Below, piece after piece: positions 55,832 through 64,000 of a stretch of 64,000 bases of DNA. Numbering within the stretch: position 1 is the stretch's first letter; each line of letters starts with the position of its first letter. Source of the DNA: an uncultured virus (IMG/VR IMGVR_UViG_3300034066_001606) (Duplodnaviria > Heunggongvirae > Uroviricota > Caudoviricetes); IMG/VR virus record IMGVR_UViG_3300034066_001606. One strand, 5' to 3'. The position numbers and the translations under genes were made by a program. The notes beneath the pieces are model-generated. The model made no database searches, had not been told where the DNA came from, and saw only the letters and a list, made by a program, of their open reading frames with translations.

Positions 55832-56923
55832 ATGGCTAGTACTTTAGACCCAAATATACCCGATTTAGAGAATAGATTGCTAGGTGAAATACATGGTAGG
55901 TTTGGATTATTCACTAAAGATAGTCTTACAAACGTAGGCGATGAATTAGAAAAAGTTTCAGCTTCAGTTGGTAACAAAAATTTAGAATTGGTTTTCGGAA
56001 ATAGCCATGCTAAAGGTATGGAAGCGGTACATAGCCAATACCCAAATGAAATTGAATATTATGCGTGTGCCTTTGAGTTGTTAAATAGTAAGGGTGAAAC
56101 GGTTGAATTTTTTAGTTTTCCAGTAATGCCTTCATCCATAAGGTATACACATCAATCAAAATCACATATTGGTAAAACAATGGGTGGGGTTGTTATTACA
56201 ACCAATTCAACATTTTTACCATTTTCAATTTCATTGAATGGTAATTTCGGTAGGAGATTTAGAAGGGTTATGAAAGTTGAAGATATAAGCAGTTCTTCAA
56301 AGGGTGTAAGCGGTGTAAACAATAGATATGCAAATGAAGATGGTAATAAAATATCGACCATGAAAGAGCAAACAATTACACCAAAGGATGAAATGTTTAG
56401 TACTGATTATAAGACTGGATATGGATCAACCAAAATACTTGAAAGCATAATGCTTAAAAGCCAAAGTAGTGACAAGTATTATGGTAGCCACAAATTGATA
56501 TTTTACAATCTTTCTTTTAATCAGGCTCACATGGTTGAATTGGTTGTTCACGATTATGGCATGACTAAAGATTTAAACAGAATTTGGTCGTACAATATAA
56601 CTATGAAGGCGGTTGCTCCAGCGAGTGCCATACTTAAAAAAGGTGGTGTTGATAGTAGTATTTCAACATTACTTTCGTTTAGTAAAAAGAACAAAGAATT
56701 TGGTGATCAAACATTGGGTATAAAAAATTTGCTAGACCCAACTGGACGTGAAAACACTTTAGTTAGAAGAACACTAGAAAAGCAAATTAGGGCTAGGTTA
56801 AATAATGCCATTGGTTTTCAAACTACCAATGCATTTAACGCTGTAAAGCAATTGGTTAGCGACCCAAATAACGCAGATAATTTTCTTGTTAGAGCAGGTG
56901 AGGGACTTTTAAACAGAATTTAA
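55832..56923 (+). CDS. Baseplate protein
   Basis: FSFPVMPSSI, ISLNGNFGR, LIFYN, N.IW.Y. Confidence 0.55.
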   Translation: MASTLDPNIPDLENRLLGEIHGRFGLFTKDSLTNVGDELEKVSASVGNKNLELVFGNSHAKGMEAVHSQYPNEIEYYACAFELLNSKGETVEFFSFPVMPSSIRYTHQSKSHIGKTMGGVVITTNSTFLPFSISLNGNFGRRFRRVMKVEDISSSSKGVSGVNNRYANEDGNKISTMKEQTITPKDEMFSTDYKTGYGSTKILESIMLKSQSSDKYYGSHKLIFYNLSFNQAHMVELVVHDYGMTKDLNRIWSYNITMKAVAPASAILKKGGVDSSISTLLSFSKKNKEFGDQTLGIKNLLDPTGRENTLVRRTLEKQIRARLNNAIGFQTTNAFNAVKQLVSDPNNADNFLVRAGEGLLNRI

Positions 56924-56924
56924 A

Positions 56925-57872
56925 ATGATAAGTAACTTTGATAAAAATACAATAAATAGATTTAGTTCAATATTGAATTACAATATTGAGGTTTATATTG
57001 ATTTGTATGCGTATTTCCTGCAGAACAATTATTCGTTTATTTATAGGTACTTTTCAGAACCAGATTTTAAGGCTGACGCAAACAGCTTTTCATTTTTAGA
57101 AGATTTAATTAGTGAAAGTATTAAAATATCAAACCTATTGAAAATTCATAAGTCTGTGTTTAATAGGTACGATGATTGGGAACTACTTGACTACATTGAA
57201 AATATACAAATCAAATTAAATTCAATTGCCCAAACTAGTAAGTTTACTAGAAGTCCAAAAAGTAAAAATAGTTGGCGAACTTCTGGCATATCCATGGAAC
57301 ATTATGTTTCAAACCATGAAACGCTAGAGCAAATTCAATACAATAATTACGGCGATGTAGATTTTGGCAATAGGTGGGTTAACATAGCATTTGAAAATAA
57401 CCTAACTGAACAGGATTATGGTTCAGATTTAAATTTAAAAATAAATATTACAAAGAATATAGAATTTGAAAAGGGTTTTAGGCTTAATAGCATAGTTGAC
57501 AATCTTGTTGGTGAAAAATTATATGGTAGAGACATATATAAAAAAATTACATTCCACAACAACGATATACTAGTACTTAATTACAATGATTCTGTAATAC
57601 AAGCCATTTCAATTTTGATAACCTTGAAAAAGGGCGATGTTCCAGAATTTCCAAAATTCGGTATAGATGCAAATCTAGGTGTTGGTTCAAATCAAAACAT
57701 TTTCCAATACAAACAGCTTATGATGCAGTTGAAGGAAGTGTTTTTATCCGACGACAGCTTAGTTAATTTCAATGTGAAAAACTATGTTTATGTTGATGGG
57801 GATGTATTTATAACTTACAATGTTGGTACTTTCTACTATTTAAACTACAAAAATATTCAAAATAATTTATAA
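56925..57872 (+). CDS. Baseplate wedge protein (LysM-like plus gp25-like)
   Basis: ETLEQI...W.NIA..N; KGDVPEFP.FG, F.SDD. Confidence 0.6.
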   Translation: MISNFDKNTINRFSSILNYNIEVYIDLYAYFLQNNYSFIYRYFSEPDFKADANSFSFLEDLISESIKISNLLKIHKSVFNRYDDWELLDYIENIQIKLNSIAQTSKFTRSPKSKNSWRTSGISMEHYVSNHETLEQIQYNNYGDVDFGNRWVNIAFENNLTEQDYGSDLNLKINITKNIEFEKGFRLNSIVDNLVGEKLYGRDIYKKITFHNNDILVLNYNDSVIQAISILITLKKGDVPEFPKFGIDANLGVGSNQNIFQYKQLMMQLKEVFLSDDSLVNFNVKNYVYVDGDVFITYNVGTFYYLNYKNIQNNL

Positions 57873-57875
57873 AAG

Positions 57876-59075
57876 ATGATAACGAAAATAACACCAATAG
57901 AAGAACTTAAAGCAATATTTTCAGAAATATTTTTAAATAAGACAGACGAAGTTACCAAAATTACAGATGGTAGTGTAATGAATGCCAATGCATTTGGTGT
58001 TGCTAAATTACAACAAAAAGTTACAAAGGATGTTGCATTGCTTGAAAGCCACATGTTTCCAGATACAGCTTTTGGTGAAAGCTTGGATTACATTGCTAAT
58101 TTGATGGGAGTCGGGCAGCGTTTTGGGCAAAAACAAAGTTCAACATATATGTTGGTAGTTGGTTCAGTTGGAACTCAATATGTAGCTGGAGTACATTCAT
58201 TTCAAAGCGTTGACGGAATAGAATTTGATTTGGTTAACGATTACACCATAGGTGATTTTGGATACGGCTATGTTAAGGTTAGAAGTAATACTACTGGAGA
58301 AAAAACCAATGTACCTTCAACCACAATTAATAAAATTAACCCAATACCCAATGGGCATGAATATAGCATAAACGAATACCATGCCACGATGGGTAGTGAT
58401 GCTGAATCCGATGACGTTTTTCGTAAACGAATTAAGGAAGGTATAAATTTGTTGAGCAGAAGCACCATAGCGCAAATTGAACAAACATTAATGAAAATAA
58501 ATGAAAATGTTTTCAAAGTATATTATGGTGGAATAGATAACGATGGTAGGGTTGTTTTAAATGTACTTGCTGAAAACGGAATTGACTTTACAGAAAGCGA
58601 GTTTAACGACATGCTTCTACGTTGCAGTAAATTCTTCTCAATTACCGAATTTAGACCGTCAAATTTTAATGGTTATGGTATGGTGCTTAGAAATGTAGAC
58701 TTCCAACCATTGGATATAAGCATGAGGGTTGATTTACAGCCTAGTTATAACCCTGACGAGGTAAGAAAACAAATTCAAATACAACTAGGCAAATATTTGG
58801 ATTATAGGTACATGAGAACTGGACAAAAAATAGAATGGGATAATCTACTACAAATTGTAAAAAATGTAGATGGTGTACGTTATGTCAATGATTACTATTT
58901 TTACCCAAATATAGATGTTCCAGTTGATGTGTTTAAGTTGCCAAGAATAAGAGGTTTTAGGTTAATGGATTTGAATGGTAATATTATATTTGACATTCAA
59001 AATAATTTAAACCCAATTTATTTTCCAAAACAAGCTGATTTTAGTTTCATTACAACAGCACTTCAAAATATATAA
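57876..59075 (+). CDS. Baseplate J-like protein
   Basis: FPDTAFG..LD.IA...G...R, G...NV...I, G.DAESDD.FR.RI, V.GV..V. Confidence 0.85.
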   Translation: MITKITPIEELKAIFSEIFLNKTDEVTKITDGSVMNANAFGVAKLQQKVTKDVALLESHMFPDTAFGESLDYIANLMGVGQRFGQKQSSTYMLVVGSVGTQYVAGVHSFQSVDGIEFDLVNDYTIGDFGYGYVKVRSNTTGEKTNVPSTTINKINPIPNGHEYSINEYHATMGSDAESDDVFRKRIKEGINLLSRSTIAQIEQTLMKINENVFKVYYGGIDNDGRVVLNVLAENGIDFTESEFNDMLLRCSKFFSITEFRPSNFNGYGMVLRNVDFQPLDISMRVDLQPSYNPDEVRKQIQIQLGKYLDYRYMRTGQKIEWDNLLQIVKNVDGVRYVNDYYFYPNIDVPVDVFKLPRIRGFRLMDLNGNIIFDIQNNLNPIYFPKQADFSFITTALQNI

Positions 59076-59078
59076 GCA

Positions 59079-59402
59079 ATGCCTGAACAAAAGAAAATTT
59101 TATCAGATACATTATACCAAGTAGCAAAATCTGGTGTGGATTGGTTGTTTGGAATTTCCTTAATAAAAGCCTCAAGTCATAAGAATACACTTCTGGCGGT
59201 AATTGGCTCTGATGGACAAAATATGCAACTTAGGAACAATAAGAAATTTGGATATGGTGAACTCAATGTTACAATAAAAAATGCATTAAAGGATATTAAT
59301 TACACCATAGAAAACAAAACTGGAGAACTATATATACATTGTGAAGATAGCAAAAATTACCACATTGACGGTAATGGAAATTTAATTTATACATTTAGAT
59401 AA
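59079..59402 (+). CDS. Hypothetical baseplate/fibre protein
   Basis: 107 aa ORF. Confidence 0.65.
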   Translation: MPEQKKILSDTLYQVAKSGVDWLFGISLIKASSHKNTLLAVIGSDGQNMQLRNNKKFGYGELNVTIKNALKDINYTIENKTGELYIHCEDSKNYHIDGNGNLIYTFR

Positions 59403-59409
59403 AAAACAC

Positions 59410-60846
59410 ATGGCAAACCCAACAACAACTAGTAAAAATTTAGGGCAAATAAGTTCGTTTTATTCTGGAACAATTGCTCCGACCAATACAGCGTTAATCT
59501 GGTATAATCCAGTAGCAAATGAATGGAAAACGTGGAACAATGTTTCACTCACATGGGTAGCACTTCCAGTAGGAACTCCACCAACTAGCCCAACGACAAA
59601 TTTGGGTAAAATATACTTTGTATGTAAAACCAATGGTGATGATACTGATGCCGAGGTTGGCAATTTATTAAAACCATGGAAAACCATAGCAGGGGCATTG
59701 GGGCAAGTAAGTATAGATGGAACAAGTATACTGGAAAAGGCTCAGGTTGTTATTGCACCTGGAAACTATGCTGAAACGATAACACTTAATCTGAATTACA
59801 TTACCATTAAACCTCTTACTTTAAGAAATGAGTTGTTTAAGGGTGTTCAAAACAAACAGCAATTTGATTTGCTAAGTGGGCATTATAGCAATTGTAACAG
59901 AGATGTGAAAATAAGTAATTTTACCATAAGTGAATCCATTGAAGGTGTTGAAATTTTAGGTTTGGATTTTACGTTACTTACAATTAATCAATCATCACCA
60001 AACAATTCTTATTTCAAAAGAAACCTATATCAAAACTTATTGGTTGGCAATTTAGCATTCGCTTCAACTGGAGCACCTTCACCTTCGGTAAGTGGTAATT
60101 TCATAGATATAGTATCAAAGGGTTATTTTGGAACAAATGTTTCAAATGTTCAGTATAGCTATTTTGAAAAAATAATTGTACTAGATGGATTTTGTTACGA
60201 TTCTATATCAGTAAGCCATTCGGTGATAAAAAATTGTATTTTTGATAAAACAAACGACTATAGCTATTGCACACTAGATGATGTTAAGATATTCGGCGAT
60301 GTTGCTATCACACAGCCGATTAGAGACATAACTAGCTGTGAAATTGTAAACAGCTATTTAGCTGATGGTAGCATTAGGTATGCATTGAATTCTTCAATTA
60401 AAAGAACAAATGGTGGTAGTGGGTGCATTAAAACATTTGAAAACTTAACAATGAAGCATTGCGAATTTGTTACATTTGGTGATAGTGCTTCGCTTCCAGT
60501 TTCTGGCTATTTAAGCGGTGATTTCGATGATGTTAAGGCAGATTACAGCACCATAGGTTTTTTGAAGGGTAGACCGTTTTATGGTAAACTTAGAAACATG
60601 TACATAAGTGTTGTTAGTTCGACCTATCCATGTGTCAATGTTAAAAAGCCAATTGGATTACAACCAATGATAATAGAGTATTGCACCTTTAAAAATTGCC
60701 ATGCTTCTGGCAATACAATTATAGGCGATGCTAGTTTGATATCGCATTGCAATTTAAACAAAATTTGGACTTCCTCAAATGGGTTGGGTACAGCACCAAA
60801 TTCATTCAATATAATTAGCACCCAATTCTGCACTTATGTTCCTTAA
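59410..60846 (+). CDS. Tail spike/fibre with beta-helix-like region
   Basis: YFV...GDD....G...KPWKTIAGA, IAPGNY.E, Asn/Ser/Cys ladder. Confidence 0.6.
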   Translation: MANPTTTSKNLGQISSFYSGTIAPTNTALIWYNPVANEWKTWNNVSLTWVALPVGTPPTSPTTNLGKIYFVCKTNGDDTDAEVGNLLKPWKTIAGALGQVSIDGTSILEKAQVVIAPGNYAETITLNLNYITIKPLTLRNELFKGVQNKQQFDLLSGHYSNCNRDVKISNFTISESIEGVEILGLDFTLLTINQSSPNNSYFKRNLYQNLLVGNLAFASTGAPSPSVSGNFIDIVSKGYFGTNVSNVQYSYFEKIIVLDGFCYDSISVSHSVIKNCIFDKTNDYSYCTLDDVKIFGDVAITQPIRDITSCEIVNSYLADGSIRYALNSSIKRTNGGSGCIKTFENLTMKHCEFVTFGDSASLPVSGYLSGDFDDVKADYSTIGFLKGRPFYGKLRNMYISVVSSTYPCVNVKKPIGLQPMIIEYCTFKNCHASGNTIIGDASLISHCNLNKIWTSSNGLGTAPNSFNIISTQFCTYVP

Positions 60847-60858
60847 TGGTAATAAAAT

Positions 60859-62232
60859 ATGATAGTAAATAATAGCATACTTACTGAAATAGGCGATGTG
60901 TTGGAGTTTAAAACTACTCCAATATTCAACTTGGAATCACTTACAACTGGAGGCATAAGCACTACTGGAGAAACGCTTACAAGGTTTTTAGAATATAAAT
61001 TTTCTTACAGCTTAGATGGTGTGGTGTTTAGTAAAATGTACCCATATACTGGAATAGGTGACATGATTGCTGAAATAAACCCAAAACTTACTACTAAAAC
61101 CGTTTTGACAATAATATTCTCATGTAAGAGGGTGGGTACAGACCCAACTGGAAATATAGAAGTAAATTCCATAAATTTCAACGGAACTTATTTTCTAAAC
61201 GATCCAAACTTTGATAACCAACTGAAATCAATTTTTTCAAAGTTAGGCTACGATGATATAGATGTTTACAACAATATGTTAGCATTAAGCAATAAAATTT
61301 ATGAAGAGGGTATTTTACCATTGTATGTCGAAAGGAACGAAAAGCCTAACGACTTGTATGAAGATGCTGACTTTATTGCCTATTGGACAAGTATAGCGCA
61401 ATTTTTAAGTCTATCTTATGTTTATGCCATACAATTCACAATTATATGGTGGAGAAAGGAATTGCTTTCTGAATATCTGAAACAGAAGAATGTGATATTC
61501 TGTGAAGATGCTGACATTATAGAATTGCAATGCATTGCCAAAACAATTTTTAACGAATTTAGAGAAAGGGGTACTAAAGAAATTTACACGACTAAGGATT
61601 ACGAATACCCACTAGGGTACAGAAGTAGATTTGTTTTACCAATTGGTTTTGTGATACAACCAACAAATCCTATATGGATAAATGGTGTAAAATATACTGA
61701 AGCGGTTGACCTACCTTTTGGTTTTACAATAGACGAAGATTATCTGTATACACCAGATGTAAATTATTATGAAGTTAAAATTGTAGACTACCTTGTTGCT
61801 CCAGTAATTGACGAAAACTATATTGACATTGTAGATTCTTTAGACCGAGTAAATTTGGCTCTAGCCATGCCAAGTGAGCCTACGCATTTTACCAATGTGA
61901 AAAAGCCTTACAATGGCGAATATTTGAGGTTGATATGCTTCCATAATAAATGTGATTGGTTTGCATACCTACTTATGGATAAGGAAAATAGAGGTTGGAA
62001 TATTGGCAATTCATCACCATTATACAAGGGGTTAAGAAATCACCAAAATGGAACTTTCATTAATGGGTACGAAAATTTTGCCGAAGAAGTTTGGGATTTA
62101 CTTTATTATCCAATTATAGGTGATACCATAGTTCCACCTCCACCAATAGAAACATTTTTAATTAAAACTTCTGATAACGACTTATTAAATGCCAACCAAC
62201 CAGACCCTATTCAAACACATGTACCTTATTAA
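60859..62232 (+). CDS. Baseplate/tail structural protein
   Basis: EFRERGT, GE.LRLI, GWNIGNSSPLYKG; position after baseplate J. Confidence 0.55.
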   Translation: MIVNNSILTEIGDVLEFKTTPIFNLESLTTGGISTTGETLTRFLEYKFSYSLDGVVFSKMYPYTGIGDMIAEINPKLTTKTVLTIIFSCKRVGTDPTGNIEVNSINFNGTYFLNDPNFDNQLKSIFSKLGYDDIDVYNNMLALSNKIYEEGILPLYVERNEKPNDLYEDADFIAYWTSIAQFLSLSYVYAIQFTIIWWRKELLSEYLKQKNVIFCEDADIIELQCIAKTIFNEFRERGTKEIYTTKDYEYPLGYRSRFVLPIGFVIQPTNPIWINGVKYTEAVDLPFGFTIDEDYLYTPDVNYYEVKIVDYLVAPVIDENYIDIVDSLDRVNLALAMPSEPTHFTNVKKPYNGEYLRLICFHNKCDWFAYLLMDKENRGWNIGNSSPLYKGLRNHQNGTFINGYENFAEEVWDLLYYPIIGDTIVPPPPIETFLIKTSDNDLLNANQPDPIQTHVPY

Positions 62233-62244
62233 AACACAAAAGAA

Positions 62245-63645
62245 ATGGATAAAAAAGTAAACCAATTACCTGTCGCAACTACTCCACTTAGTTTAACTGA
62301 CGACCTATTTATTGTCGCAAAATTGCCGAATCCAGGTGAAGCATACTATATTGATTTTGGAACACTTGTGACACAAATATTATTAGCTTCAACAAACAAT
62401 GGTTCAAAACTATATTATGTTGATGCAAATTCAACCGTCGTTGGAGATGGTAGTGTACTTAAACCATTTCAAACATTAGATGAGGCTAGGTCAGCTATAA
62501 TCGGAACTGGAACACAATCGGCTCCACAATTTACAAATGTGGGTGTTATGGTTGCTTCAGCTTCATACACAACAGCTTTGAATTTATGGATAACTAATAC
62601 TAGTTGGATATTTGCCGATGGTGCTATTGTTGTATATACTGGAACTGGACATTTGTTTGATTCTTCAGTGTATCCAAATGAATTAAGTGGTAGATTCATT
62701 GTTGCAGGAGGAGCCATATTTAGAACTAATACTGGGGGCATTGTCAGAAATGAAGGTGGCGTAACATCGACAAACTTTGTTGATAATAAAGTTTTTTTAA
62801 TTGAAGCATACCAAATGATAAGCACTAAAATTAGTGCAAACCCAGATGATACACCGCTGATATTGCATAACAGAATTACTGGAACTGGATATTCACCAAT
62901 ATCAACCTACATACAAATCAGAAGAAATGGCACTATTAGCAGTTACAATCAACATTGTGTGCATGTTATCAATGGTGGTACTTTTTCATTATCCAGTGAA
63001 GAGGGTGGTGAAAATTATTTAATATATGGTTTGAATTCTATAACTGGAGCATATACTGGAGGTGTCGTAGGTGGAAGATGTGTGCTGTACGAAAATACTG
63101 ATGCTACAACTAGAAAGTATTATGCAACTTGTAACATAGCCAACTTCAATGTTATTGGAATAAATTGTTTAAGTGAAATTCACATAGAGGGTAATTTCAA
63201 TAATATTGAACTTAGAAATTTAAGCTTCACCGATGCTGGACCGATACCCACTCACCCAACTTATTGCATAACGATTGGTGATATCACAGCGGTGTATAAT
63301 ATTAATGCTTATTTCATTTTCTTGATAAAAAATTGTAGAGTATTAAGAAACCCTTGTACAGATCCAAATTTGATATTCTTTGTTGGGGCAACAACTACAG
63401 ACCTAGTTGAAATTCAAAATTGCATATTTATGAATGGCTACTTTGTTGATCCAAATATTTTTATTGGTGCTAACAGCAATTTCAACCAACCAATTTCATG
63501 TGTAAATATTTTCAATGGGTTGCTAAATATGGCAAACATTCCAGTTTACAATGACAATGCTGATGCGGTTGCAAATGGCTTACTTCCAGGAGATATTTAC
63601 AACATTAGCGTTAGTGGTGCTAATCAATTAGCAATTGTTGTTTAG
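62245..63645 (+). CDS. Tail spike/receptor-binding protein with beta-helix-like region
   Basis: MDKKVNQLP; YYVD....GDGS..KPFQTL..A; C-terminal PVYNDNADAVANGL..GDIY. Confidence 0.6.
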   Translation: MDKKVNQLPVATTPLSLTDDLFIVAKLPNPGEAYYIDFGTLVTQILLASTNNGSKLYYVDANSTVVGDGSVLKPFQTLDEARSAIIGTGTQSAPQFTNVGVMVASASYTTALNLWITNTSWIFADGAIVVYTGTGHLFDSSVYPNELSGRFIVAGGAIFRTNTGGIVRNEGGVTSTNFVDNKVFLIEAYQMISTKISANPDDTPLILHNRITGTGYSPISTYIQIRRNGTISSYNQHCVHVINGGTFSLSSEEGGENYLIYGLNSITGAYTGGVVGGRCVLYENTDATTRKYYATCNIANFNVIGINCLSEIHIEGNFNNIELRNLSFTDAGPIPTHPTYCITIGDITAVYNINAYFIFLIKNCRVLRNPCTDPNLIFFVGATTTDLVEIQNCIFMNGYFVDPNIFIGANSNFNQPISCVNIFNGLLNMANIPVYNDNADAVANGLLPGDIYNISVSGANQLAIVV

Positions 63646-63650
63646 ATATA

Positions 63651-63658
63651 GATGTATT
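63651..63658 (+). promoter_or_regulatory. Putative late promoter box GATGTATT
   Basis: Leader nearly identical to the one at 49021. Confidence 0.45.
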
Positions 63659-63682
63659 TAATAAAAAACGTAAACACAAAAA

Positions 63683-64000
63683 ATGCAACAATATTTTTTA
63701 AATTACCAACTTGAACAATATGTAAACCCAAATCCAACAATGGTAATAGGTGGTGTTTCAATTGTTACACAAGATTTGCCAATGGGTTTAGGTCAAGGTA
63801 GGGTAATGCAAATTGAACCTGGAAGTGGGTTTGGATTTGAAAGTGTTGAAATTAGCAAGAAATGGTTTATGAAGGTTGACCCATTTATAGATTACGAAAT
63901 TAGTTTTTGGTTTAAACAAGACGTTGTGACACCTTGTTGGTTTTTAAGGGTTCATGCCTTTGATTGTGGCGATAACGAATTAGATACATACAATATTACC
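63683..64000 (+). CDS. Structural protein, 5' part (runs off window)
   Basis: MQQYFLNYQLEQY...KVDPFIDYEISFWFKQ, open to window end. Confidence 0.7.
   Translation, partial: MQQYFLNYQLEQYVNPNPTMVIGGVSIVTQDLPMGLGQGRVMQIEPGSGFGFESVEISKKWFMKVDPFIDYEISFWFKQDVVTPCWFLRVHAFDCGDNELDTYNIT

Noticed and set aside
1..64000. Stop-codon reassignment as in some Bacteroidota phages
   Set aside because: Conserved genes are full length in code 11; TAG ends ligase, TerL, portal and MCP at sensible positions, and TGA ends other ORFs
1..64000. tRNA/rRNA genes, integrase, transposase or prophage boundaries
   Set aside because: Intergenic gaps are short and explained by promoters or terminators; no cloverleaf, recombinase motif or host-like segment was seen

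Overview
This window is a 64-kb segment of a large, AT-rich, lytic-looking myovirus, with all credible genes on the + strand. The head and tail genes (TerL, portal, prohead protease/scaffold, major capsid, neck, sheath, tube, tape measure, baseplate) resemble the SPO1/Twort (Herelleviridae-like) layout. Five repeated promoters with the Bacteroidota TAnnTTTG -7 box and A-rich leaders without Shine-Dalgarno sites point to a Bacteroidota host. Layout: about 2.2-15 kb and 20-24 kb hold early/host-takeover small genes (ligase, DenV, HNH, DEDDh exonuclease, AAA ATPase, TopoVI-A-like protein); 18.5-25.3 kb holds dCTP deaminase, a P-loop kinase and an aGPT-Pplase1 protein, suggesting thymine hypermodification; 25-64 kb is the virion module. 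The main candidate novelty is a set of unrelated enzymes embedded among the head genes: a Zeta-toxin kinase, a kinase plus ADP-ribosyltransferase-like protein, a Nudix hydrolase, an AAA ATPase and His-rich modular proteins. Five of them share an N-terminal Q-I-x-x-x-F leader, and most carry hydrophobic-x-K|[G/A/S] sites like those in the capsid, portal and scaffold. This suggests a capsid-loading and protease-release system for injected effectors. All family assignments come from motif recognition by eye; no database search was run.
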